This document shows, one piece after another, positions 42,525 through 57,833 of a stretch of 64,000 nucleotides of DNA. The stretch lies in NCBI GenBank assembly GCA_964304625.1, contig OZ199840.1, positions 4,738,966 to 4,802,965 on the forward strand, written 5' to 3'. The DNA comes from Kudoa neothunni. Taxonomy: Eukaryota > Animalia > Cnidaria. The first letter of the stretch is position 1; every line of letters starts with the position of its first letter. The position numbers and the translations under genes were made by a program. The notes below the pieces were generated by a model that was not told where the DNA came from, ran no database searches, and was given only the letters and a program-made list of their open reading frames with translations.

Positions 42525-43660
42525 TAACCCACTAATTAATGTACTAAAAATCGACTGCACACCGATGAATTTCAGGGGAAAAAACTAGCCCAGATTTTTA
42601 TCTCTTCATTCGTACCATAAAAAATATTTATTTTCGGAAATTCAAATAGGCTAGATTCAACATGTAAAACAACTAACATTAGAATAGTAATACTCATAAT
42701 CTTACGCATACTATAGACCGTAATCGTTAAAATCTGCAATGAAAATTTTTGATTAAATTTTAAGGATTGAATAGATTGGACTTTTCTATCATGTAATCAA
42801 TATTTTAATTATTATTTGCGAAACAAAATAGAACATTTAATGAGAATAAGATTCACAAACACTCAGAATGTATTTTGCAACAGTTTCATACATATGAGAC
42901 AAGCAGTAGTGTGGGGTTTTTTATCGATTTGCCATAAAAAACATCATAACCTTGAAAATATTGTACATTTATTTGGTGTGTTGAGTTATGATAGAATAGA
43001 TAAGGTTGATCTCTTAGGATTTTGGGTTTCACGGGTATTTTTTCCATTAATGGAATGATATAATACCTTTGCCTTATTTTCAAAAACTTCCTCCTAGCCA
43101 TATTATCTCCCAAGTTTTTTGGTACTTGGAAAACGCATCTTTAAATAATAAATCCATTAAATAGAAAAACAACACCATTGGCCGTCATTATTGATTGCGG
43201 GTTTACTCGAACTCTCAAAGTTTTCAATTTAATCAGATTCTTACGACATAACTAATAGTTGTAAAGTATTCATAATAATTTCAAAAAAGAATTTGATTAA
43301 TCAATTTAATTAGTATTGGTGAAATCCATCCACATTATCGTTACGATAAAATTAAAACAGGAAGTCACGAAGCCACTGCTAGAGGTAATAACTGTATAAC
43401 TTCAAATTTATCCATCAGATAAATTAAAAATTTAATATATGTAATAATTATTGTTTTATCTGCCAAACGATGTGAAAAAAATCTGGGGGAATTTTTTAAC
43501 CCAAAAATTCATTGGAGTGTAATCTTATTATAAATTTTGTGGAAGATTAAAAAAAAATTATATTCTATGAGAGGAAACAATTCATGTTTAAAATCAAAAA
43601 CTTCTTTTTGGGCTAAAAATTTTACCCCAAACTCATTAGGGGGCCAATGAAATGATTTAA
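42525..43660 (-). mobile_element. piggyBac remnant
   Basis: TTAA-CCC start; ORF MGDNMARRKFLKIRQRYYI resembles piggyBac MSRxRF..I; an inverted copy of the subterminal motif lies at ~43485-43525. Confidence 0.55.
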
Positions 43661-44702
43661 AAAATCCTTAATACCTTTTAAAATTAAATATATAGTTTTT
43701 AAGAAATAACAATAAAATTATTTAAATATGTAAATTATGATGTAGTTGATTTTTTGGTTGTTATTTATTTTCGTAAACTAAGTTTAATCATAAACAAAAT
43801 TGATCAGTCTAAATAAATTAAAATGAATTAAAACATATTTTTGAATATAATAAGACAGTTGGACTTTAGAATAGACGAATAATATTGAACAAAATTTACG
43901 TAGTTACTTTTGCTGGATAAACTTTATATTTTAAAATTAGGAAATATTTAAATCATTAATAAGGATGTGTATTAGCTCTTATTTGATACAGGTAGGATCC
44001 AAGAATCCTCGTTTGTAATAAATAATGTATATATCTATTAAAAGGTAAAATAGTTGGTCAAAATTTTGTTTAAATTCAGCAAATACATTTATACAATTGT
44101 TTGAAATATTTTCACAATTTTTTATTAATTTAATTAACTTAAATTTTAGTTTGTTAATATGAAAAATATTATTTCCATTCACGATTTAAAAAAAATATAA
44201 TTGTGACATGTTTTTAATAGTAAAACATAAACTGGGTAGTGAATCTCAATACTCTCATACAATAAGAGTCTATTCATTCATATTAGACAAATATACATTA
44301 ATATTAGTTGGAAATTCAGTTGTTGATTTACACATCTCCGCATTATTTATATAGATTGAGAACTAGAAATAGACGTTTATTAACTTGTATAGTTTTGCCA
44401 ATCCATATAATCCTTCTTTCAAGATGAATGAGGTTGCCAAGCTCATGGATATCGATTAAGAGTTTGTTTATCGAAATTAACTTGTCATTGATATAACAAT
44501 TTTAATAATAATTAAAATAATTAAAAATTACGAGCTACTACAAATACAATAATTAAAATTTTCATAATTTATTATTTAAATTCGCATAATGATGAATTTC
44601 GTCTGTTACTAAAATCTTTTAATTATGAACGAAACAATTTACTCAATTTTCAATTTCATTAAGTAATCAAAAATTTTTATCCTAATGATATATTTAAAAT
44701 TA

Positions 44703-46346
44703 CCGTATATACTCGAATATAAGTCGCAGTCATAAACGATAAATTTATTAAAGCTTAAACTTTTAGAAATTTAAAAAGTATGTTTTAAATAAAATCTGAT
44801 TTTTTTAAGACAAAATAATAAAATGATTATCACAAAAATATTAACAGACTATTATTATTCATTGTCGTCGTCAACGTCCTTAGCTGACGAAAACTCATCC
44901 TCTTCAACATGACGTACACTTTGTTCTGATATCAAAGTATATCGTCTTCAGTTCCGTCCATCGCATTAGGAATGCCACATTTTTTGAACGATTTCTTAAT
45001 TATATCCGTGTCTATGGAGAGTCAAGAATCTTTTACTCATTTAGATACCAATGCTAATGCAGATCTCTTAAAATTTCCTGATGCTGTCTTTTTCGCCATT
45101 CCGCCTGACTTCCATTTGATCCATTGGTCGCGTACGTTATTTGAATGGATAATTGAAAGTAACATCTAAAGGTTGTAATATTGAGGTTTAGTCCGAGGGA
45201 ATAATAGCAGTATCTGATTTAACGTCGTTTTTGACATGTTGTTTGACATCATGAACGAGATGAGCTCGGAACATATCCCAAACTGACAGACTTGGTTTTT
45301 TATCCAAATTACCACCTGGGCGACGAGACCATACTTTCTCCATCCAAATATGAAATCCTTCCACATTCATCCATCAATTCCATCGTTTCTCGTGAACATG
45401 AAAAACGACTTCAAGGGTGAATTTTTCTTTTGGAAACGTTTTCCGATAAAAAATTATCATTGGAGGCAATTGAGTTCCATCCGCCATACAGGTTAAACGG
45501 CAGTAAATTATGTTTTTTCATGACCAGTTGTTCTAACCGTCACGTTTTTTGTTCCTATATTATCAACTGTCCGGTTACCAGGAACATCAAAAACATAGGT
45601 GTTTCTTCCATGTTTCCAATCCGACTAGGATCATAATTTATCTTTTTCCTTATATCTATAACATATTTATAAAAGTTGATAATCTTGTTTTCCAAATCGG
45701 ACGGAAGTTTTTGACAAATTTTGGTTCTTATCTAAGAGCCTAACCATGCCTGTTCATAAGACGCGTGTACCATCCGGCATATGCATTAAAGTTTAAATCC
45801 TTTATAATATATTTGGATTTTAATCGAATCGCTCCGCGCGTCACTACGTATCTGCATTGTCCCATTTCATTTATCCACATGTTTAACTCTTCCTCTTCGC
45901 GGATAAATTTTGACGTCATTCCCCTATTGGCTTTTTTTGAAACTGATAATTCTTCCAACTGCAGACCAGCTTTTCTTCAATCGCATACCTGCTTTTTGCT
46001 AAATCCATTTTTATTAGCCGTAAGTCGATTGTTGTTACGTTCGATAACATATTTTGCAACCTCTAATTTGAATTTGGCGTCATAGCAATGTTTTATAATG
46101 GAACTCATTATCCTAACATCAGTGGAATATATATTAAATATCAACAAAGAAATTCCGTCGTTTAATTTAACAGTATTTTTTTATATAATGATAAAAAGTA
46201 AAACATAAACTTATAACGGATGATTTATATACTCAACTAACTATCAGCCTAATTTTTACGTCGATGTATCGTGTATAAGACGCGTGAGGTTTTTGAAGTA
46301 GAATTTTTTGAAAAAAAAAGTTCGACTAAAACACGAATATGTATGG
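44703..46346 (-). mobile_element. pogo (POGK-like) transposon, full extent but inactivated
   Basis: TA|CCGTATATACTCGAATATAAGTCG ... CGACTAAAACACGAATATGTATGG|TA. Encodes Brinker-type YDAKFKLEVAKY, a CENP-B HTH (VTRGAIRLKS...AGWYTRLMNRHG) and DDE_1 VWDMFRAH, with stops and frameshifts. Confidence 0.9.
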
Positions 46347-47878
46347 TACATTAAGGCTTTTTACTGCCTATTTCAAATATAATATAACTAAGGTTAGAAT
46401 AAAAAATATTTATAGTAAATTATGTAGTTATGAAACACAGATTGGATTAATTTGTAGCTTAATTAAATAATTTTCAAAAATTAGGGAGTAAATTGTGAAG
46501 GTTAAACATTATTTAAAGATGCTTATTAAAAAATAATAGGCTGATGTAATGAGTGTCAAGTATTGCTGATTCAAAGCTTTGTCTTTTCAAATCTGAATTA
46601 AATGATACTGTGAATTGAAATTGTTTCATTAAAAATAATATTTTTAAAAAAATCGGTTGCCTACTGTAGCAATAACATGAATACGTCATTGCTTGTTTTT
46701 AGTTCAATATTATTCATTAAGGTTAATGTTATAAATTCATATTACTTATCAATAGGAAAATAATTATTTGATTTAATAAAATTTTAACTTTAAAATTTAT
46801 TATTTAAAATAAAATTTCTAAAGATTTTGTTTTTTATCTAATAAAAGAACCGTTAAATTATTTTAAGTCTATTTCTCAATAAAAATTCAAGTTTACTACG
46901 GTTTATTAAAGACAACAATATTTATCACAATTGATTCGTTGAGCGTACTTTCTAATATTTAGTATTTATATGAGTTAATAATGATATAAATAAATAATAT
47001 TGTGTTAATTATTATTTTAAATTGGAAAATTATGCGATAAAATATGAAAAAGCTGGAAACTGTAATATAATTATTTTTTTTTAAATTATCATTGATAAAG
47101 TAACAACGATTTAAATAAATTAATTTAATTCGTGCTGTCTTAATTCATTTTAGTCTAGAAATATTTTTTATTTTTCTCATTTAAAGTATAATACTTTTAC
47201 AGTATAGTGAATATAATCATTAAGATTATAATTAATGGCTCGATTACATTGTTCTTTAAAATTTTAATGTTCAACCCAATTCTATTCTTCAAATTCAAAA
47301 AATTCTTACATAGAAATGATAATGACGTAATGTAAAAAATTAAAATAAAATTTTAAAATATTTAATTTTCTGTTATACAAAAAAATTTTACAATATATTT
47401 ACCTTACTTTTAATATAATATTGTATATATCTTTAATTTGTTATTAGTTCTATATAAATATTACATCACGTGATTTATCATTAAATGTACTTGGTAGTGA
47501 AAATAAAAATTATAATTATTTTATATCATTTGAAATATTGATGGCACAATATAAATCAAAAACAACGATGTGGTTCGAAATTATTTTTTAAATAATGAAT
47601 CCGAAACCAAATGTTTCAGAATATTCGAGCGATTAAAATCACTTTTGTTTAAAAACCAAAATTAAGTAAACGAATTTTTAATATATTTCGACTTCCGAAA
47701 TAGTTGCTAATAGTTTAAAAAGTCAATACATATAATAGATTGCAGATTAAAAATTAGGAATGGCGTCAGAGAAACAATGGAAATATAATAATAATTAATA
47801 TCTATGATAAATTCTCGTTTATACGTGAGCAATTATGGATTTGCTTTTCAATAAATGCTCAAATAAAAATTTTTAGGT

Positions 47879-50153
47879 TTATTTTTTCTTGAATACCATG
47901 AAACCAATAACACATATCAACAAAGCTATAATAATTCCACCAACAATCAGCCTAAATAATATTTGAATTCAATCATTAAACAATCGAAATTACATAACTT
48001 TTGTTCCGCCGGTAGAAGCACTAAATAAAGTTAATGTATTATGGAATTAATGAGTTTAATACTATCTTACCCATCCGAGGCTCCTAAAATAATCATTAAT
48101 GAATTATGTTAGTCACAATCAGTACAATTTACCATTCTCATGGGTTTCTGTTGTAACAACGTTGCTTTGTTGATCAGATATTGGAGCTGAAAAGTCAATT
48201 ATGACTGGCTCGCTAAAATATCTCGCTTGAACTATCATTGATCCATCTATGTAAGATAGAGCGTTGTAAAATGTGACCTCTTTGTTGCACTTCCCCTCCA
48301 GTCAGTTGTTTTATCATATACACCATATAGGAATTGTAAATCTCCTTCCATCGTGTCCACGAAAGTAAAGTCACATATATGCTCATCACCTGAAGGTTCC
48401 AAACCTGTTGTTACGATTAAATCAGCATTATTCCATGTGTATGTCACATTTAGTTTTTCCAGTTTAGCACCTTTATCAATCTCATTAATGTTTATCTAAT
48501 AATTTTTACTAGTTTTAACGGTCACTATGTTTTTAGGTAAGTCGCCAACGTATTTGTCAAAAAAATATTTGAATTGATATTCGGTATCGGATAAAAGGTT
48601 TCTGATCGTCATCGGTTCTCCACATAATCCATAACAATCAACGGATTCTTCACATTCGGACGAACTGAATTCATTTTGACCACTTAGTTTTTGTAGAATT
48701 TTGCAATAAACTCCATCAAATTGAGTAACTTTTGGTGCTATGGTCATCTGGACATGTTCGTAATATGATTTTATCCCTGGTGCTTTTGTCATGTTATAGT
48801 TAGCTAAATTAAATCTAAGAAAAACTAAATATTGCATGTATCACTTGTGGAAAAAAGTGTTTCCGCAAAAAACGATTCGCTATTAGTACCACTGTACGAT
48901 ACTTTAACAATATATTTGGTGTTTGGTTCTAAACCATAAATAGTAGCGGTATCTGGACAATCTGTTTGGCAGGAAGTTTTTAATGCGGCGTCACATTTTG
49001 CATCAATATTAAGCTTTGGGTAATCTTGTTTTTTTAATTCAATCGTGCAAGTTGGACTAGTTAAACCATCCTTTAATGCTCCAACAGAGATAACAGCAGT
49101 GGAATCAGTAGGTTTGATTGTAAGTTTACTTTTTCCAACTATTTGAATTGATTTGATTTTAATTTAAATTATATATAATAGATAATCACTTCTTAATGTC
49201 TTTTCCCACTCCACCGTGATTTCTAGTTGACACTTTAACATTAAAGTCCTTATCTGCTGAGTTGTCGAAGTTAAAACTCATTGTTACTTCAGTGCATAAT
49301 TGATAACATTGCCCGGTGTTAAGAACAGAACACGCAGACTCATAACTTCCGGTTCCTTTCTTTCTGATTTCGAACTTGCAAATTTCATCCGGAATATCTT
49401 CATCAAAAACAATTTTTACCTTATTTTGTTCACTAGTAATTTTTTCGATATGGTAGGGGTATTTTTCCAATGGATTAAACTCCGTAATTTTATTGTTTTT
49501 TTTTATACATGTGGATATTGGGTTGGTTATTTCCACAAGAGAGTTTGATTGCGTCACTACTCATGGAATCGAAGAATCCAGTGAGTTTATTTTCAGCGTT
49601 ACATTCAGTGTCATTTTTTGGAACGAATTTATCAAGTATTTGATATCCACTGGTTAGTTGGCATGTTTGAGGATGACTGCAAATATTTTTTGTCGTGAAT
49701 TCAATTGAAGTTGTATTAACGTTAAATAGAGTTTCAGGTGTTTTATCCGAAGCTACAGAAAGATTAAATCTGAATTCTCCAAAGTGACTTACTATGAACC
49801 ACTTTGAGAGTTTCAATATCAGATTTTGATTTTACCTGCACATAATAGATAGGATCAGCAGTTCCGGTTGATATGGTGTATTTTCCATTGCATGGGATAA
49901 TATGAGTATTCATTTCTTCAGAACCACTTTGTTCATAGTGATAGAAATGATCATTTTTTTCCAGTAACCTGACTTCGCATTTTTTTCCTGAGGATCCCTC
50001 AAGTTTTAGATAGATTAGATCCTCTGAGGTTTCTTGATCACGCACAACATAGTATTTATGTGATTGAACTAAACTAATATAACCTGAATACAACTAATTT
50101 TAAAATATACTGCTGCAGAAAAATGCAAATAATAACAAAGCAATCATCCGCAT
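47879..50153 (-). CDS. FN3-like surface protein, copy 2 (three homopolymer frameshifts: assembly error or young pseudogene)
   Basis: Same exon structure as 30766-33023. Relative to copy 1 there are 1-nt indels at ~48298, ~49206 and ~49500. Confidence 0.75.
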
Positions 50154-50469
50154 TCCTATTTTTTGTTTTAATGAATACACCAATTCTATACAAATTAAAA
50201 TTTAATATGATTATAACTATCGATATATGTGAATAAAACTAGATTTAAGTTCGGTTAATTAATAAATTTCATGTGAACAATAGTATTGAAAACTAAATAA
50301 ACAAAAATGAAATATCTTAAATTTCTAGGTCTACCTAATCAACGTAGGTAACTTATTTTGTTATAAAATTTAAGCTATATAAAATATGGAATAATGAAAC
50401 TCTGATCTTTATAATTATGTAGGATTCTCCAGGTAGAATTTTGATAGGGGCGAGCAAAATAGTATTTAA

Positions 50470-53400
50470 CACCCTAACGATACTGGGGCAAATCGACCCC
50501 AAAATAGAATTAAATAACGTATAACTTTTTCTCCATTAGTTCCAATGTTCTTGAGCTAAAGCAATCTACTATATATATATATATATATATAAAGTTGAGA
50601 TGTGTCCGTGTGTACGTCAAATTTTTTCGAAACTTTTAAACATTAAAGATATGGGAGAAATTGTTTCCATTGTCGTGGCGTCACGAAAAGCTCGAAAAGT
50701 AAACAGGAAATTCTTTTTTTACCGTGTATAAATTTGTTGACCGGATTAAAAAAGTTTCATTGGAGGATTATCCTCGATACAATAGGATTAAAATCGCTTA
50801 TTTCAAGATGATGGTTAATGTTAACGTTCTCCTTACATATTGTAATCAAACGATAATTTTCTGTTATCTTCTATCAGTATATATTAATTGGGAGAGCGTT
50901 TTATAAGGCATACGTAAATACATTTTATTTGATTAACCTCCTGTACTGAGTGAAAAAAAATTACCCCATGCCGAGGCCGGGCACTCAGCGACACCAGAAG
51001 AAATCAATATTAATGAGATTTTACTCCGCTTGAATTATTATCAATTAATTTATCATACAGTATTAAGCTAATGAAAACCAAAATTTAACTGAATTCTTAT
51101 TTCCTTCATTATAAAAAGTGGCACTGTTTGTTAGCCGCAACATTTTGTACACGGGATGAAATGCATGGGTTTGAATCGGTAACATTTCGACAATGGTGAT
51201 TGCTTTGTAGATATAAATCATACTCCAATAAAAAACCTTTAAAAAATCAAAATTTTAGCATGATATACATTATCAACAACAAACCACACATCGAAACACA
51301 ACATATGGTCGTTGTCGGTATAAGCAAATTTTTGATCCCAACGACGCAGGATTTTATATCTTTGCTGTTTGTTGAATTCTTCAGTCATAATATGTTGCAT
51401 TTTAAAATTTACACGCTTTATGATTATTTGCTGACACTATAATCCTATTTATTTGAATTCTATGCCTCCATTTCTCAGTCGAGTTTATTTCCTTTTTTAA
51501 CTTCGATCATTAAATTTATTTGAAAAACGAAATTTAATAGTTTAATTTTTGATTTTGCGGATGAATCAACAATAATATTACAAATTATAAAAGCAGTTTA
51601 AATGTAATATCAGAAAATTACGTATATCAATAGTTATGATCTTTAACAACCGTTTTTTGGAGATATATTCAAATTTTTAAAACATTTATATATTCTTTTT
51701 ATTAATGAATCTTTCAAATCAACATCTGAGGGAAACATTCCTTATTATTTAAAATACAATAAATATTACAGACAGTTAATTGTTCATTATAATTGATATT
51801 TTATTATCAACAATTCTTTTGCGGGTGATTTAAATTTTTTAAATATTTTAAACGATCTAACTCTTAAACGAGAGGTTTGAATATGTATATATAAATTTTG
51901 AAAGATTTATTTCCGTATATAGTTAAAAATTTGTTTTAAATCCCATATAGTTTACTTTTAGAGAAAAAAACGTTACTTCCTTTTTCATTTATTCACTTAT
52001 TTCGTGAAATCACTGTATGGGTTAAAATCATATAATTTTAAAATACTTTAAACTACACTAATTATCGATTCAGATGTTAAAGGTTTATTTTGGATTTAAT
52101 CAGCGAATTAAACATAGGTTGAGTCATAACGCGATATCAATAATAAAAAAATAATGTGACGTATAGATTAATTATTGTGTCTTATATTTAAAAAATTAGC
52201 ATCAATGTTTTACTGGTATATTGACGACGCTATTATATTCACAGAAGATTGAGAACATAAAAAAACAAACACAATTTTTTTAAAATTATATAGGAATTAT
52301 TTGTCGCATTGCGTACAATAAATAATGTTCTTATGTTTTCTATGGTTGGAAATAAAAAAAATATCTGTGATTTTTTGTCTTGGTTTCTTGGAAAAAAACA
52401 TCATTTCCTACTAAATTGTTGCGAAGAACTCAATTTGAGTGACGAAGAATCATTGTTGGTACTTCCATCAAATAGACGGAATCCATGATTAATGTAAATT
52501 GGCAATCTTTCTTGGTTATTTGGCGCCGTGATACATATTCAAGCGTTAATTCAATGGATGACTGCCGTATAAAAAATTGTCTCCGATTTCTACTTGACTG
52601 TTGCCATTCAGGATGTTTTTTAATCCATAAATATAGACAATAAGTGAGCTATATCGAGCTAGTCCATAAAAATTTTGAATGACCATCTTCTCGTAGCTCT
52701 GATGCAGGAACATTGGGTGGTCATTTTGTCTGCCATATCAACATTATTCATTGTTTTGTTGTAGTGCATGATGATGTTGTGCCTCTTTTGGTCTTTGTCA
52801 TGGATATAGATACCATGGTGTTGACTTGACAAGAGGTTTACGATGTAGTTTTTTGGGCACTTACGAGATCAATGTGAGATCCTAATTGAAACCAAGAATG
52901 GGTGAAAAAACATCTCATTTCCATGACTCGAGAAAATTCTCCGGAATTTCTCTTTTGTTTGCCCTCATAGTTCCCGTAGAGTTAACCCATTGCACAAGAA
53001 TCCCTGATCAAGAGGAACAGAGGTGAAAAAATTGTCCGTTGTAACACCTCGTTAGGTGTCATAAAACGGAGAAAACGAGAACATTCACTACCCGTGCTCC
53101 TTGTTTTAATCTCTAACGCCGCCAAATACCAGAATATGGTTGAATCTTTAGGAGATATGAAGTTTCGGTATCCACGGCGGCCCACAATTTGATACCATAA
53201 CGACCTGGCTTACTCTTCATATAGACTTTGAAAGAACATCTCCCTCTAAGTTTAACCAGTCTCTCATCAACCGTTAGATACGATCCATGCCAATGATATT
53301 TCGAAAAGTTCGCATTAAATATGTTAAAAACTTTTCGCATTTCCTCAAAACTATCTTTCGATATCTGTTTCCGTGTTTGCCTAGTATCATTACTACCAAA

Positions 53401-54444
53401 CATTTAGACCTGGTAAATATGATTGAAACGATCTCTAGAGATCGTCGAAGAATTATAAAATTGTTTGAATAAGGGTTCGGTATCCCATACACTTCTGAGA
53501 CTTATGCATGAGCCATTCGCTCGGCCTGAAGCGAGTGAAAGCCCTATAAAGGCTGTTAGTTCATCAATTAAAACCTCTCCTTCGAATAAACTTTTGTATT
53601 GTTGGCGGTATTGATTTTTACATTTGATTAACTCGGCAAGGATATCATTTGAAATAAATAGTCTAAATGCATCAGTTATTGTTTCAAAATTGACTTCATT
53701 ATTTCGAAAATCTATTGAAGGTTTAGGAAACACATTATGGGGACGTTCTCTTGTTCGTAATCGGTGTTATATTGCACTCAAAACCAGGTCGAGAAATTAG
53801 CACATCAGGATTTTCATTGATAGGAACCGAGTCTAAGTCATCCGAAAATTCTTCAATCTCGCCTTCATTACTTATATCTACAATATAATCATCAGATGTG
53901 ATTTCACTGGACTCAGAAAATTCATATTCTGAAACATCATCGTCGGCACTTGATGAATCTTCAATAAGTTGATTTATCTTCTCAGATATAATTTTTTAAC
54001 ACAATAATTATTTTTATTATAAAAGAAAATTATTATAATTGAAACGTATTAATTTATTTAAGTAGTATCAATCAGTAACAAAAAGTTTTCCACTGGCGGA
54101 AGATTAACACTCATAAATCTATAAACAATCATGCTGCTGTAAAATTTTAACATTACTGATAATAATATAATTAATTATAAACTATTAAAAATAAATAAAT
54201 AAAATTTTTTTCAAAATTAGACAAGGATATTCGAACGTTAGCATTAATTTTTAAAAACGTGCCATTTTGCAACGCAAATATTTTTACAATAAAAATATTC
54301 AGTAACTTTTATTATTTATAATGAGGCCTCAAAACATCAAGGTGGCATTCAGAAAATTAGAGATAAAACAATTGATTTTTCTCTGAATTACGAATAAAAT
54401 TCGCCTTTTGAGGTCGCTGGGTGCCCCACCTCGTACAAACAGGT
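50470..54444 (-). mobile_element. Decayed piggyBac (PGBD4-like) transposon with a nested insertion
   Basis: YLTVDERLVKLRGRCSFKVYMKSKPGRYGIKLWA (53113-53403) and an acidic N-terminus near 53800-53990. TTAA at 50466-50469 and 54445-54448 flank degenerate GGGGCA..CGACC termini. A Helitron-like end at ~50565 lies inside. Boundaries are less certain than the transposase call. Confidence 0.8.
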
Positions 54445-55617
54445 TTAATGTACTTTGAAAATTCTTTTAATAATTTTCATGCATTAAAAAGATTCGAATG
54501 TGTTAAATTAATTATTGAATGGTATTGTGAGTTTTAATCAGGTAGATTAGAATATATAAATTTAGACCCAAATCTTCATAAATAATTGAAGCTGCCCGTA
54601 AATTTAAACTTTCAGCGATTAAATTCTGTAACGACGTTTTAATTGTAATTTACGAAAATATTTAAATAATTCAGCTGGAAATTTTTTGGCTGCGTAACTG
54701 TGTTGTAGTCAAAAGTATGTTATAATTTATGTCGGTTAAAGTGATATAAATTTGTTTAAAAAAATAATTATCTTAAGTAGTCTTCTAGCTACATAATTTT
54801 TGCCATTTTATGATCTTTACAAAATGTTCATAATTTTAATTTCATATATCATAATTGTTTAAGGTATAATCTTTAAAAATATTTCAGATTCGTCCTTTCT
54901 GTTGGTTAATTGAGAATATAAATGTATTTTTAAATGATTTTAAAGTGACTCTTCAGCTCAAAATATTTGTATAACCGGGAAACGGCAGGATTGCGCGCTT
55001 GTGATTTATAAATGTAATTTGCAAATATTGTAAAGCTTCCAAAATCAGTAGTTTAAAAATAATATCATTTGATATTCAGGTCCAATATAATTTTTAAAGT
55101 GAATACGATCAAAAATGATTAAGTGTATCAGATTACGTATTAAAATATAGAGTAGTTAATAGGTTTTATGAAACTCCTTGGAACACGGAATGTATGTAAA
55201 ATTTGGAACTACCACGTTTACGAAGTTATTAGCGCACGTATCTAATAATGTACATACCTATTTAAGATATTTGAATTTAATAATAAAAATATTAATCATG
55301 TGATGGGTTGATAAGAATAAAATTTGAATTATGCCTAATATAAACAAAAATATTGTCAATAATAAATTGATGATCAGATATTACATAAAACTGACACGTT
55401 GTAAAATTTAAGTATGTTGATTAATGAGGTAAAATATTGTTTGATGTTTGTTGAACTAAAGCTGATTTTAAAATCGTCAAAATAATTGAAAAATATATTT
55501 TTTTAAAAGTTGTATAAATTAACTCGTTAACATTAAGTTTTATAAAAATTCATGTAAAATAAATTACATCATTCTATAAATTAAAAAAATTTATATTTAA
55601 TATCTAATATCTAATTA

Positions 55618-56834
55618 CATTAAGGTCTCGATATTGTCCACCAAATCGGGACCTGAGCCCTCATTTTCCAATATCGATATTTCGCGCATGCGCAACTAGA
55701 ATAAATTCTTTATTTTTTAACGAAAAAATGATCCATCTTATTTGTATTTGAAATAAAAGATGCGATAGGAATCGATGGAATAATGCGCGAACTTTTGATC
55801 AAGAGTTTTTAAAATATCATGAAGATAGTTGAAGACATCCAACCATTTTTTGATTGTTAATATTTGACTGAAACTTCAAAAATTCCTTTAAAACAGGGGG
55901 TCTCTTTAAATTTACCAATGACATTACATGGGAATTTTATCTTTATAAATTAAACACTCTATAATTCTATTACAGGTTTTTTGATTGCTTCATTTCTTTT
56001 TAATTCAACCCCTTCTTTATATAATATGTTGGTTGAGTGCATTGTTCTTAGGAAAGAGCGGTCTCACCGAGATTTAATATGCTTCATTATTCATATCTAC
56101 TTTATACCTAATAAAATTTGATTACGTAATCATTAAGATTGTTATCATTAACTTCCTCCTTCTCCAGGAAGAGTGAATTTTTAAACAACAGAGAATCGTG
56201 AAATTTCTAAGAAAACCTTGTGTTCCACTAATACCAATGATTTAAGATCTTAAGATCGTTGGCAAAACGTTTTACCTTATCATTGATAAAACTCTAGAAT
56301 TTTTATCTTTTTTGGTGTTCTGACACAAAAAAGGTCATATAACACAGTTTGAAGTGGATGTATTTTTTATTTGTAATTCATTCACTAAGGGAAACAACGT
56401 TTGAGTTCATTATACCAGATTTATTAGATAAAATTCAATTTAGAGGAGAAAAACTAATTTTAATTTGAATAAAACTCACAATAACAGAATTCATGATATT
56501 CTATTGCGCTATAAACTAATTTTTTGGCATTTAAAATTGAGATAATAGAATCAAATATTAAACAGTTCCAAAATTTTTCTCATCTTTCACAATATCGAGT
56601 GTTCGAATGTGTAATTTAATGGATTAATCGGATTAAATTGGGAAGAAACCACTGCCCAATAGAAAGATCCTGAATTTTACGAAAAAAGCATTTTTTAAAT
56701 GTTATTTCGTATTTTTGTATATAACGCTAGAATAGAAGACTATATAAATCGATAAAGTTACAATGTTGGTTACAGAAATTTGAAAAAAATGTCGACTACC
56801 CTATATCGAACCTCGTAATATCGAGACCTTATTG
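55618..56834 (-). mobile_element. Internally deleted pogo/Tigger element
   Basis: TA|CATTAAGGTCTCGATATT ... AATATCGAGACCTTATTG|TA. Minus-strand remnant NGWMSSTIF (DDE_1 type). Confidence 0.75.
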
Positions 56835-57833
56835 TATATTATAATATAAAAAGAAATTTAGTTTAAAACACTAATAATCAATAATATATACAAATAATAA
56901 CTTAATAATCATATAATAATTAAACATTTGCGTTTAATAATCTGACGAAAAATAATAATATTAAAATTTATAAATTTTTCATAAAAAGATTAATATAATA
57001 ATCAACATTTTTCTTAGTAAAAAACTCCGAAAAGTATCTATTTATGAACTAAAACAATGTGGATGGTTGTTATTTTGATAATTATACTTTATAAATACCG
57101 ACTAATTTAAATTTCAATAAAATAAACTCAGTACATATAGCGCAAATATTATCTATATCTATTTTAACCAGTTAAACCTTGATGATATTTCGCAGAATTA
57201 ATCTGTTCATTATTTCCCTATTGTTTAATTACTTTTTTCTATTAAGAAAAAATATTCTTGTTATTCATTTGGTTATATTTCTCTCTTCGAATTAACAGTA
57301 GAACATAAATCCTATCAGAGATTATGACAGTCATTTAAAATATTGAATTTTTCCTTATCGAGTTATTATCGGAATTTAAATAAAGATATCTACAAATCTC
57401 TTTTAATTTGTATTAGTCCACAATTATTGAAAAAAATTTAGAATTATTATATCGAAATCAAAATATTATTAATCAATCAGAGATAATAAAAAAATTGATA
57501 TAATTAATATTAGTTGAAACAAAAAATATTACTTGTGAAAAAATCGAATAAGTATGTTGGTTAACTAAAAACGAGTACGACCAAGATATTAATATTTTTA
57601 GTATCTTTGATTATTAGTTTAATCAATTATTTTCCGACGTATCCGACAAAAGACATTTGAAATGATAATTACAAATTACCCAAAAACAAATAGTTTTTTA
57701 CCTTTCGAAATTGATTAATCACATATCTCTCAATAACTTATCTACATAATATTCATATATCTTATCACTGATATAATGATAAAGTTATATTTTAATAAAC
57801 CGATTACATGGATTAACCTTTACGCTTGGTAAA

